Assembly (NCBI GenBank): GCA_964490075.1
Contig: CAZBBK010000069.1
Location: forward strand, 1-32,015
Source of the DNA: an uncultured Gemmatimonadota bacterium
GTDB taxonomy: Bacteria; GCA-2686955
Reading direction: 5' to 3'
DNA: 32,015 nt
A program made the translations under genes and the position numbers. Numbering within the stretch: the stretch's first letter is position 1; each line of letters begins with the position of its first letter. Under the pieces are notes generated by a model. That model had not been told where the DNA came from, ran no database searches, and was given only the letters and a program-made list of their open reading frames with translations. This document shows, piece by piece, positions 8,511 to 17,490 of this stretch.

Positions 8511-8585
8511 GCGGGCATAACTCAGTGGTAGAGTACAAGCTTCCCAAGCTTGGGGTCGCGAGTTCGAATCTCGTTGCCCGCTCCA
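8511..8585 (+). tRNA. tRNA-Gly (anticodon CCC)
   Basis: Acceptor stem GCGGGCA/TGCCCGC, D arm CTCAGTGGTAGAG, anticodon arm CAAGC-TTCCCAA-GCTTG, T loop GTTCGAATC, encoded CCA end. Confidence 0.98.
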
Positions 8586-8592
8586 TCGGCCA

Positions 8593-8632
8593 CGCGAGCC
8601 TCCGCCGAGCAGGCGGGGGCTCGCGGCGTTTC
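8593..8632 (+). terminator. Hairpin downstream of the tRNA (terminator or processing stem)
   Basis: CGCGAGCCTCCGCC pairs with GGCGGGGGCTCGCG (14 bp, one G:U); short T tract follows. Confidence 0.65.
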
Positions 8633-8665
8633 CATCAGCCTCGCCTTTCCCCCCGGGGCCCCTCG

Positions 8666-9538
8666 ATGCGCGTCACAGCTCTCCGCGCCGCACTCCTGCT
8701 CTGGCTCGTCGCGGCTCCGGCCTCGGCGCAGCCACGGCTGACCCTGCACCTGGGCCCTTACGACGAGATCGACTGGCGGGCGCGCGTGGCGCGTTCGTTC
8801 GGCGAGTCGGATCGGGAGGGAGACGAGGGGATGCTCGCGTCGGAGGAGAACGCGATCGCCTCGATGGTGACGCTCCTCTCACAGGTGCGAATCTCGTCCG
8901 CCCAGACCGTCGCGGGGCGGCTGGAGACGCAGAGCGAGCTCAGTGCGCTGCTGGCGACCAGGATTCGAGACGTGGCGGCGCGCCGGCGATCGAGCCGTTC
9001 CGACGGCAGCCTCACGGTGCGTCTCGATCTCGACTTCACGACCACGCTCGGGCCGCTGGTCGCTCCCGAGTTCGGAGGCGGCAAACCGCTCGTGGCCCTG
9101 GTCTGCCCCACCTGCGGCCAGCGCTGGCCTGAGAAGCGCGCCTTTCCGGAGGGCGTCGCGACGGGGGCGGCCGAGGGCCCGCCCATCACCGGCATCGTGC
9201 TGCGTGCCGGCACCTTGCGCTACCAGCCGGCGCTCTTCCCGCGGCTGCTCGACCTGCAAGGGCGACAGGTCTACGGCCCGGCCTTCGCGCGCCGCGATGC
9301 CGCGCTGGTGGACGGGTTGGTCGCCTATCTGGGCGATGGCGATCCTCTGATCGAGGAGCGGGTCGGGAAGCGTCCCCTGACGATCACGCCGCTCGGAGTG
9401 CGCGCCGGCTGCGACTTCGTGCTCGCCGACGCCGACGTGCATCGGCTGCACGGCAGCGCCCGAGGGCTGAGAATGCTGCAGGAGTGCCGGGTCGTAGTCG
9501 TCAGCGGGGGAGTCGACCGCGCGGGTTCGGCACCGTAG
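8666..9538 (+). CDS. Exported protein resembling LPP20-family proteins
   Basis: Signal peptide ending ASA-Q; C-terminal block TGIVLRA...PALFPRLLD.QG.QVYG...RVGKRPL...CRVVVV recalled from this family. Confidence 0.65.
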   Translation: MRVTALRAALLLWLVAAPASAQPRLTLHLGPYDEIDWRARVARSFGESDREGDEGMLASEENAIASMVTLLSQVRISSAQTVAGRLETQSELSALLATRIRDVAARRRSSRSDGSLTVRLDLDFTTTLGPLVAPEFGGGKPLVALVCPTCGQRWPEKRAFPEGVATGAAEGPPITGIVLRAGTLRYQPALFPRLLDLQGRQVYGPAFARRDAALVDGLVAYLGDGDPLIEERVGKRPLTITPLGVRAGCDFVLADADVHRLHGSARGLRMLQECRVVVVSGGVDRAGSAP

Positions 9539-9586
9539 ATTGCCCGGCAGGTTCGTGCCACACCACACCCGGCAGCGGAGGCTCCA

Positions 9587-9913
9587 ATGTCGCTCGCCCG
9601 TCTCTTCGCCTGGCTCTTCCTGCTCTTCTGTGCCGCCAACGCATTCGTGTTCTGGGCGGCTCCGCTGTGGATGCCCGTGATGAGCTTCTTCGAGCCCCCT
9701 ACGCTGATCGGGCCGAGGGGCGACGCCCTGATCGCGCCGGTCGCCACGGTCCTGGTGGCGCTCCAGCTCCCGTCGGGGTTGGTGATCGACCAGCTAGAGA
9801 AGGTGTACCGCTTCGGCACCATCGACGCGCTGATTTCCATCTCGGCGCTGTCGGCCGCTTGCTATGCGTTGCCGATCGTCGGGCTTCGGAGCTTGCTGCA
9901 CGGGCGCGGTTGA
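9587..9913 (+). CDS. Small membrane protein, about 3 TM segments
   Basis: GGAGG RBS, hydrophobic segments, co-oriented with its neighbours. Confidence 0.7.
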   Translation: MSLARLFAWLFLLFCAANAFVFWAAPLWMPVMSFFEPPTLIGPRGDALIAPVATVLVALQLPSGLVIDQLEKVYRFGTIDALISISALSAACYALPIVGLRSLLHGRG

Positions 9914-10000
9914 AGAGGGTGGTCGCCGGTCGCTTTCGACGTCCCCGGGAAGGGCGCGGATGCACTAGAGTTCCGCCGCGCCCTGCGACAGGAGGCGAGC

Positions 10001-11380
10001 TTGCCGGAAACCAACACGCCGGAGCCCCACTCGGCCGATTCCTCGCAGCCCGAGCCCGATCCCACGCCGGCCGATGCCGTGCCGGGAGCAGCCGCTGCCA
10101 CCGATCCGCCGGTCGTCGATCCCCAACCGGACGAGCGGCGAGGGACGGATGTCGCGGCCGAGAGCACAGCGGAGCCGGATGTAGAGTCCGTGGGGGGGAA
10201 GGGCGCGGCGCCGGAGCCATCGCCGCCGCCTCTGGGGGTGCTGGCGGCCGCGCTGGCGGCGGGCCTGGTGGCTCTGGCCGGCTGGAGCTACCTCTCGGTG
10301 CCGATTCTCGCCGCGCTGGGCGTCTACTTGCTCTTTCCCTACAGGCGCCAGGATTGGGGGCGGCGACTGCTGGCCGCCGTGGGGGTGGTGACGCTCTGCT
10401 GGCTGGCGACCGAGGCCAAGACGGTGCTCGCGCCCTTCGTGGTGGCGGCGCTGCTCGCCTATCTGGGGGACCCGATCGTCGATCGCCTGGAGACCTGGGG
10501 GCTGGCGCGCACGCCCGCGATTTTCGCCTTGCTGGTGCCGATCGGCGGCGCGGCGGTGCTCTGCGGCATGTGGCTCGTGCCGCTCCTGGTGGGTGAGATC
10601 GGTCGTCTCGCCGAACAGGTTCCGGCGGCGGGCGCGACGGCGCTGGCCTGGGCGCGGGTGCTGGTCGAGCGGATCCCCACGGCCAACTGGGATCTCGAGT
10701 GGGAGGCCTACCTGGGCGAGATCGCGGAGTACGGGTGGGCGGCGGCGCGGCAGGTGGCGACTGGCGCCGTGAGCGTCGGGCGCGGCGTGGGGGCGGTGGT
10801 GAGCCTGGTCTCCTACGTGGTGCTGACGCCGATCCTGGCCTTCTACCTGCTGCGGGACTGGGATCGGATCATCGCGGCACTCGACCAGGCGATCGCGCCG
10901 GGCAGCCGCGAAGTCGTGCGGCGGGTCGCCCGGCGCATGGACGAGATTCTGGGCGCCTACTTCCGCGGCCAGGGCCTGGTCTGCGTCGCGATCGGCCTTT
11001 TGACCTCGGGCGGATTGCTGCTGCTCGGGGTCGACTTCGCGCTGCTCCTGGGGATCGTCGCGGGACTCTTCAACCTGGTGCCGGTGATCGGGCTGATCGC
11101 CTCCGTGGTGCCGGCGATCGCGGTGGCCCTGCTCTCTCCGGACCCGGTGCTCACTTCCGTCAAGGTGCTCGGCGTGTTCGGCGTGGTGCAGTTGCTCGAG
11201 CAGGCGCTGCTCTCGCCGCGCCTGGTCGGCGACCGGGTCGGGCTGCACCCGGCGCTGGTGATGCTGGCGATCCTGGTCTTCCCGATCTTCTGGGGCTTCG
11301 TGGGCGTGCTGGTGGCGGTTCCGGCGATGGCGGCCTTCGGTGTGCTGATCGAGGAGCTGCGGCGCGCTTCGAACGATTAG
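10001..11380 (+). CDS. AI-2E family transporter (PerM-like)
   Basis: LAPFVVAALLAYLGDPIVDRLE, PILAFYLLRD, YFRGQ, FNLVPVIG, PRLVGDRVGLHP, GVLVAVP. TTG start with AGGAGG RBS; acidic/Pro-rich N-terminal tail. Confidence 0.93.
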   Translation: MPETNTPEPHSADSSQPEPDPTPADAVPGAAAATDPPVVDPQPDERRGTDVAAESTAEPDVESVGGKGAAPEPSPPPLGVLAAALAAGLVALAGWSYLSVPILAALGVYLLFPYRRQDWGRRLLAAVGVVTLCWLATEAKTVLAPFVVAALLAYLGDPIVDRLETWGLARTPAIFALLVPIGGAAVLCGMWLVPLLVGEIGRLAEQVPAAGATALAWARVLVERIPTANWDLEWEAYLGEIAEYGWAAARQVATGAVSVGRGVGAVVSLVSYVVLTPILAFYLLRDWDRIIAALDQAIAPGSREVVRRVARRMDEILGAYFRGQGLVCVAIGLLTSGGLLLLGVDFALLLGIVAGLFNLVPVIGLIASVVPAIAVALLSPDPVLTSVKVLGVFGVVQLLEQALLSPRLVGDRVGLHPALVMLAILVFPIFWGFVGVLVAVPAMAAFGVLIEELRRASND

Positions 11381-11505
11381 CGCAGCACCCGATGGTGCCT
11401 CAGGTTATCCTGCATTGTTGACCATCATTTCTCACGCGTGATCCCCTTTGTCGAGCATCCCTGACACGCGACCTTCCGAACGAGCATTCGAAAGGCTTCA
11501 AGCCA

Positions 11506-12969
11506 ATGCGCAAGACGATTCTCTTGACGGCGACTCTCGCCGGCGGCGCCGCCCACGGCAGCTGGACCGAGCACGGCGTCGTAAACGAACTCCTATTCGG
11601 CATCGATTTCCCCACCGCTCAGCAGGGGTGGACCTCCGGCGGCAAGGACGGGGTCGGGCCCCGCATCAACCACAGCACCAACGGCGGCCAGTCCTGGGTC
11701 AACCAGGGCGCCGACGCCGAGACCATGTTCTGGCTCGACATCGACATGGCGAACACCCAGACCGGCTACGCCTCCGGCATGGCGGCCTTCATCATGCTCG
11801 ACTCGGTGCAGAAGACCAGCAACGGCGGCCAGACCTGGGTCAACGTCAACAACTCGAGCGCCATCACCGCGTTTCCCGATGTCTTGACCCTCGATGCATC
11901 GAATGTGATCGTCTCCGGTCTCTGGACCCAGTTCTTCCAGGAACGCCAGGGAATCTGGGTGACCAACAACGGCGGCAACAGCTGGGATCGCCACACCTGG
12001 GGGGTTTCCGATTGGGTCTCCGGATCGTTCTTCCTCGATCCGAACTACGGCTGGGTCTACGGTGGCACCTGGCCGACCGACGAAGTCACCGGCATGTTTC
12101 GCTACCACCCCTCGCTGGTACGCCCCGACCGGGCCGGCGACGAGGAGAGCTACGCGGCGATGGTGCGCCGCACCACCAACGGTGGCAACACATTTACCAC
12201 GATCTTCGATCGTGACGGATTCGACGTGCGCAGCGCCTCGTTCATCAACAAGAACGAAGGCTGGATCTCCTGCTCCTGGGACGACGGCGCCAACTACAAA
12301 GGCAACGTCTTCCACACCACCGACGGCGGTGTCACGTGGGAGGAGCAGACGATTCCCAGCGCCGGATACGCCAACGTCAACGATATCCACTTCTTCAACC
12401 GGCGTGAGGGCTGGGGGGCCGGCTTCAAGGTTGGCGCCTTGACGGTTCAGACGGTGATTCTGCACACCATGGACGGTGGCCGGACCTGGGTCCAGGATCC
12501 CTTCAACACCAACATCGGGCCGATGAACATGACCTGGCTCGACGAGTCGGAAGGGTGGACCACGGGCGCCAACGACTTCCAATACAGTCGCATCGTTCAT
12601 TTCCAGGACTCGTCGCGTGACCCGAAGGCGGAGCTCCGGCATGTCTCGCCGCCGCAGAACGCACAGCCCGGCCAGACGCTCAACTGGACCGTACAAGCGG
12701 AGAACCTGACCGGCCAGACCTTGAGCGGCGACATTTGGCTCTCGATCACGAGTCCGAAGCTGCCGGCACCGGTCTATCCCTATCTGGTGTCGCTGGCGCA
12801 GGGCGTGCAGATCCCGGCAGGACAGACCGGTCAAGGCGTGGTGTCGCTGCCGGTTCCGGGCAACACGCCGGCGGGCCTCTACGACGTCGAGATTCTGTAC
12901 GGACCGTACGGCAGCGAGGATCCGCTACAGATCCTCGGCTACTCGCAGTTCACTGTGCAGGTTCAGTAG
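11506..12969 (+). CDS. Secreted YCF48/BNR-repeat beta-propeller protein with C-terminal Ig-like domain
   Basis: Signal peptide; six (S/T)x(N/D)GGx(T/S)(W/F) Asp-box repeats with GW motifs; distinct ~100-aa tail. Confidence 0.9.
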   Translation: MRKTILLTATLAGGAAHGSWTEHGVVNELLFGIDFPTAQQGWTSGGKDGVGPRINHSTNGGQSWVNQGADAETMFWLDIDMANTQTGYASGMAAFIMLDSVQKTSNGGQTWVNVNNSSAITAFPDVLTLDASNVIVSGLWTQFFQERQGIWVTNNGGNSWDRHTWGVSDWVSGSFFLDPNYGWVYGGTWPTDEVTGMFRYHPSLVRPDRAGDEESYAAMVRRTTNGGNTFTTIFDRDGFDVRSASFINKNEGWISCSWDDGANYKGNVFHTTDGGVTWEEQTIPSAGYANVNDIHFFNRREGWGAGFKVGALTVQTVILHTMDGGRTWVQDPFNTNIGPMNMTWLDESEGWTTGANDFQYSRIVHFQDSSRDPKAELRHVSPPQNAQPGQTLNWTVQAENLTGQTLSGDIWLSITSPKLPAPVYPYLVSLAQGVQIPAGQTGQGVVSLPVPGNTPAGLYDVEILYGPYGSEDPLQILGYSQFTVQVQ

Positions 12970-13807
12970 CGAGCAGCGAAGGCAGATACCAGGTCGGCAC
13001 CAGTCCCGGCTCCACGCTCTCGGGGCGGCTGACGCCGGTGCCGATCAGCACCGTGTCGAGTCCGAGCGCATCGGCGCCCCGGATGTCGGTATCGAGCTGG
13101 TCGCCCACCATCACCGCGTCGCGGCGGCCGGCCCGCGCCAGCGCCTCTTCGTAGAGCAGCGGGCGCGGCTTGCCCAGGCGCTCGAAGCCGGGCAAGGCGC
13201 GATTGGGGAAACGCAGCGCCAGCGCGTCTTCGATCAGACCGGCGACGGCGGAGCTGGAGACACCCAGCACGCCGTCGCCCTTGGGATGGAGTCGATCGGG
13301 GTTGGGACAGACCAGGTGGATCGAGCGGTCGGCCTCGATGGCCCGCAGCGCCACGGTGATGGCGGCGTCGACTCCTTCCAGGAAGGGGTAGCCCTCCTCA
13401 TCGCCGACCATGATCACGTGCGGTTCGGCGTTGGCATCGATCGGCACGACGGACGCGCCCGCGGCCTCGACGTAGGCGCGTGAGTCGGCCGTGCCGAGCA
13501 CCAGGCAACGACAGCCATCGATGGCCAGGCGGCGGATCCAGGGAATCACCAGCGAGCCGGCGGTGACGAGCTGCTCGGCGTCGATGGAGAGCCCCATGGC
13601 TCGGTAGTCGCGCGCGGCGGTTTCGGGCAGCTTGGAGGCGTCGTTGGTGACGACATAGAAGGGCTTGCCCGACGCTCGCAGCTCCTCGACGAACGCGGCC
13701 GCGCCCGGCAGCGCCCCCTTGCCGTCGACCAGTACCCCGTAGGCGTCCAGGAGAATCACGCCGTAGCGCTGGATCAGCTTGGCGGTGGAGATGTGGGGCA
13801 AGATCAC
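12950..13807 (-). CDS. HAD-IIA family hydrolase (NagD-like)
   Basis: LLDAYGVL, VTND, NPD, GKP, MVGDQLDTDIRGA, TGVS. GTG start at 13807 inferred. Confidence 0.92.
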   Translation of the reverse strand: MILPHISTAKLIQRYGVILLDAYGVLVDGKGALPGAAAFVEELRASGKPFYVVTNDASKLPETAARDYRAMGLSIDAEQLVTAGSLVIPWIRRLAIDGCRCLVLGTADSRAYVEAAGASVVPIDANAEPHVIMVGDEEGYPFLEGVDAAITVALRAIEADRSIHLVCPNPDRLHPKGDGVLGVSSSAVAGLIEDALALRFPNRALPGFERLGKPRPLLYEEALARAGRRDAVMVGDQLDTDIRGADALGLDTVLIGTGVSRPESVEPGLVPTWYLPSLLATEPAQ

Positions 13808-13940
13808 GGCGATCGCCTGCGGGGGAGAGGGTGCGCGATGGACGTTGCAGCGTAGCACGGCGCCCAGCTCCCTCGGTTGCGGCACCGCCCGATGGGGACT
13901 ATGTTGGAAGGCTCTGCTCTGCACACGAGTCGGAACCGAG

Positions 13941-14834
13941 ATGACCCACTTCGCCGATCTGCATTCGCATTCCACCGCCTCGGATGGCGCCCACCCACCC
14001 GCCGAGGTCGTGGCCCACGCCCTCCGCGCGGGCCTGCGGGCGCTGGCTCTGACCGACCACGACGCGATCTCGGGAGTGGCGGGGGCGCTCGAGGCGGCCG
14101 AGAGGTCGGGGTTGGAGCTGATCCCGGGGGTCGAGATCAGCGCCGCCGACGAGGCCGACAAGGGTCGCTACGGCCTGCACATCCTGGGGCTCTTCATCGA
14201 CCCTCGCGAGCGCGGCATCGTCGACTTCCTGGACGCGCAGGCGAGGGCTCGGGTCGAGCAGAAGCGCGTTCAAGTCCGCCGCTTCCAGGAGCTCGGGTTC
14301 GAGATCAGCGAGGAGGCACTCTTCGCCAGGGTGACCGGCGTGCCCGGCAAACCGCACCTGGTCGCGGCGCTGCTGGAGCTCAATCCGGAGCGCGGATTGA
14401 CCGAGCGCGACATCTACAACGACTACCTGGGGCCGAAGGGGCCGGCGCGTGTCGAGCGCGAGGGCGAGCCGCCGGCGGCCGAGTGCATCGAGGTGATCCA
14501 TCGGGCTGGCGGCGTCGCGCTGCTGGCGCACCCTCTCTACCAGAGCACCGACGGGGTCGAGGCCCTGGTCGACGGACTGCTGGCCGACGGGCTCGACGGC
14601 ATCGAGATCGACTGTCCGTACGAAGAGAACGACGAGTTCCGGCAGGTCGCGGGCGGACGCCCGGAGATCCTGGCGCCGCTGCTGCGCCTGGCGGAGCGCC
14701 GGCCGCTGCTGGTGAGCGGCGGCTCCGACTATCACGGCAACCACATCGGCGGCGCGCTCGGCAGCGCCGGTGTCGACCGCGCGCAGGTGGAGCGGCTGCG
14801 GGAGGCCGCGAGCAGGATTGCGGCTCGCGCCTGA
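13941..14834 (+). CDS. PHP domain metal-dependent phosphoesterase (YciV/TrpH-like)
   Basis: DLHSHSTASDG, LTDHD, IPGVEIS, HILG, LAHP, GGSDYHG. Confidence 0.95.
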   Translation: MTHFADLHSHSTASDGAHPPAEVVAHALRAGLRALALTDHDAISGVAGALEAAERSGLELIPGVEISAADEADKGRYGLHILGLFIDPRERGIVDFLDAQARARVEQKRVQVRRFQELGFEISEEALFARVTGVPGKPHLVAALLELNPERGLTERDIYNDYLGPKGPARVEREGEPPAAECIEVIHRAGGVALLAHPLYQSTDGVEALVDGLLADGLDGIEIDCPYEENDEFRQVAGGRPEILAPLLRLAERRPLLVSGGSDYHGNHIGGALGSAGVDRAQVERLREAASRIAARA

Positions 14835-14899
14835 CGAAGTAAGGCCCCGACCGGCGCATGGCCGATCGGGGCCCGGTTGGTTTCCAGATCGCCGGGCGA

Positions 14900-17305
14900 T
14901 CAGGAATCGTTGCGGAAGTGGAAGAGCGCGGTCTGGGAGTCGATCCCCGACACGAAGGTGGCGCTGTGACGCACTCGGTAGCGGCCGCCCGGATCGCCCG
15001 CGGCCAGCGTGGTCGAGGCCGGGTAGGTGACCGATGCCGCCGGGGCCAGCACCTCGCTGCCGCTGAAGACCACGACATCCTCGACGCTCACCCAGTCGCC
15101 GGCGGCGTGGCTCCAACGCTCCACGTGCGCCGTGACATCGGTCAGAGTCTGGCTCACCGTTCCGGTGTTGGTCACCTCGGCGTCCCAGCTCACCGTGCCG
15201 CCGCCGATGATCTTGCGCGCCGGCGTGCCGGCACCCGAGGTCGGCACCGAGATCTGCGCCCCGGTCACGAGCGCTACCACCGTCTCGTCGTCCGAAGCCA
15301 GCTCCACGCCGCCGTCGGAGACCACGGTCGAGGTCTCGAAGGTGGTGGGCGGCACACTGCCCGGAATCGGAATCGTCGCCCCGGTCGAGAAGGCGTACAT
15401 CGGCGGGAAGAGCGCGCTGCCCGAGAAGTGGCTGTAGGTGCCGGTCGGTGGTCCGACGTAGTCCAGGTCGACGCCGTCGAACGACACCGCACTCGTCGTG
15501 CCATTGGTGATCGTCACATACTCGTTCCAGGTGTCGCCGGGACCGACCACGTCGTCGAGCTGCACCACCTCGATGTTGAAGGCGGTCTCATCCAGGTCGG
15601 CGATATCGCGCGGATTGATGCGGAAGGTGCCGAAGGCGTAGCTGACGACGCCGCCCACGTCGACCGCGTCGCCGAGTGCCGGAACGTAGTCGTAGCCCGT
15701 CATCGTGGTGACCAGGGCGCTGCCCGCTCCGTTGGTGACGCGCCAGCCGCCGAAGACGTTGATGGTGTCGGCGACGGTGCCGTCGTTGATGTTGACCAGC
15801 ACGCCCTCGAAGGCCTCCTTGTTGACCCCCCCGGCGTTCATCAGCATCGGCTTCACGTCGACCGCGCCGGAGCTGACCACGGTCACGCAGTCGTGCGTGT
15901 CCTCGATGTCCTCGCCGGCGATCACCTCGGTCTCGTCGTAGTACTCGAACACCTCGCCGCCGACTTCGACCCAGTCGCCCTCGGCGACCACCGCCGGGCC
16001 GCTCGGCGCGAACACCTTGATGCCCTTCCAGGGCGAGGCGGTCGCGTTCTCGGCGATGTAGAAGTAGGAGTCGCTGAAGGTGCCGCTGCCGGCCGTCACG
16101 TAGCCGGCGACGTTGACCGCGGTGCCCGCCAGATTCGAGCCTCCGCCCAGGGTGGTGTCGCTCTGGATCGTCGTGATGCTGGTGAAGGTCTCGACGGCGT
16201 AGGAGTAGAGCCAGGTGTCGTCCGACAGGCCCGTGAGGTCGACGGCTTCCACCTTGAAGTCGACCGTGAGGCCGGCCGGCAGTCCGGGCACGTCGCCCGA
16301 GTAGGTGTCGCCGACGGTGTTGACCATGGCGGTGGTGTCGAAGACCACGCCGTCCAGGGAGTAGAGCAGCGAGACTGTGTCGAGATCGTCGTCCACCACG
16401 TCGGCGGTGACCGTCACGAGCTCCCCGGCCTCGGGAATGCAGGGCGAGTAGGCCAGCGCGGAGATGACCGGCGGCACATCGGCGTCGGCGGTGCCGGGGC
16501 TCGGCGCCGCGTGCACGCTCCAGTTGCCGAGCACCGTCAGATCTTCGGAGGTCTCGTCGTGGCCGGTGAGTCCGTTGCCGCCGGCTCCCGTTTCGCCCGT
16601 CTCCACGAAGGGGACGGCGCGCGCCGCGGAGAAGCCGAAGTCGTGTGGATCATCGCCGCCGCCGTCGAGATCGACCGGCGCCTGGCTGGAGACGGGAGTG
16701 TCGTCCAGGTAGGTCGTCGGGTCGGTGTCGACGTCCGGACCGTCCTTGGCCAGACCGGTCTTGTCGACCGCTTCCGCCAGGTCGCCCCAGACCACGTAGT
16801 CGACGTCGTCGACCAGGTCGCTGGCGCCGTCCCAGTGGAAGAGGATGATCATCTCGCCCGCGTTCGACAGACCCGCGCTGCCGCCGATCAGTCCCCCGGG
16901 GTCGACCATGTCGGCGATGCCGTCGGTGCCGCCGGAGGCGTCGTTGATCTCGTAGTCCGGGAGCGTGCCGTACTCCGCCGTGAAGTCGGCGTCGTCGTGC
17001 ATCGAGACCACGGCGAAGGCGTCGGCGCCGAGCGTGGCACCGGCGGGGAAACGGGCGATGAAGTCGGAGGTGTAGGTCGTGGCGCTGCCGTCGACGATGT
17101 CCACGTAGCGGTTGTCGTTGCCGGTCACCGCGTCCGACAGGTAGTAGTCGGAGAGGTCGATGGTCGACGCGGTCGGGTTGTAGATCTCGATGAACTCGCC
17201 GTCGGTCGGTGTCACCACGAACTCGGTGATGAGCAGGTGGTCGGCCGCGTGCGCCGTGCTGGCGGCGATTCCCAAGGCGAGCGCAAGCCCAAATCGGCTT
17301 CGCAT
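14900..17305 (-). CDS. Secreted acidic multidomain protein: lamin-tail domain, OB-fold-like domains, two C-terminal Ig-like domains
   Basis: GGAGG RBS, signal peptide ending AHA-A, LLITEF...EFIEIYNPT...DLSDYYLSD, LSNAGE, PSPG; OB-like GDWVEVGGEVFEYYDETE and FRINPRD. Confidence 0.88.
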   Translation of the reverse strand: MRSRFGLALALGIAASTAHAADHLLITEFVVTPTDGEFIEIYNPTASTIDLSDYYLSDAVTGNDNRYVDIVDGSATTYTSDFIARFPAGATLGADAFAVVSMHDDADFTAEYGTLPDYEINDASGGTDGIADMVDPGGLIGGSAGLSNAGEMIILFHWDGASDLVDDVDYVVWGDLAEAVDKTGLAKDGPDVDTDPTTYLDDTPVSSQAPVDLDGGGDDPHDFGFSAARAVPFVETGETGAGGNGLTGHDETSEDLTVLGNWSVHAAPSPGTADADVPPVISALAYSPCIPEAGELVTVTADVVDDDLDTVSLLYSLDGVVFDTTAMVNTVGDTYSGDVPGLPAGLTVDFKVEAVDLTGLSDDTWLYSYAVETFTSITTIQSDTTLGGGSNLAGTAVNVAGYVTAGSGTFSDSYFYIAENATASPWKGIKVFAPSGPAVVAEGDWVEVGGEVFEYYDETEVIAGEDIEDTHDCVTVVSSGAVDVKPMLMNAGGVNKEAFEGVLVNINDGTVADTINVFGGWRVTNGAGSALVTTMTGYDYVPALGDAVDVGGVVSYAFGTFRINPRDIADLDETAFNIEVVQLDDVVGPGDTWNEYVTITNGTTSAVSFDGVDLDYVGPPTGTYSHFSGSALFPPMYAFSTGATIPIPGSVPPTTFETSTVVSDGGVELASDDETVVALVTGAQISVPTSGAGTPARKIIGGGTVSWDAEVTNTGTVSQTLTDVTAHVERWSHAAGDWVSVEDVVVFSGSEVLAPAASVTYPASTTLAAGDPGGRYRVRHSATFVSGIDSQTALFHFRNDS

Positions 17306-17490
17306 ATTGGCCTCCAAGCCAGGTCGAAGAGAGTCGCGCGGGGCGCTCCGCGAGCCACGGGTCGCGTGTCATGCGGCCCTTCGTGGCGAGCGCCCCCGAT
17401 TGATTGAATTCCGAACGGCACTACTCTAACCCGAGGGAGTCCGCGGCCCAAACTCGGATCGGTAAGTATCACGCAAAAGTAGGGCCGCGG

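Noticed and set aside
8511-8585. tRNA-Gly as the attachment site of an integrated element
   Set aside because: No integrase, and no duplicated tRNA 3' end seen in the window.
14858-17407. 849-aa + strand ORF and the many other long overlapping ORFs in the track
   Set aside because: Shadow frames expected at this GC content; the opposite or alternative frame carries the recognisable domains.
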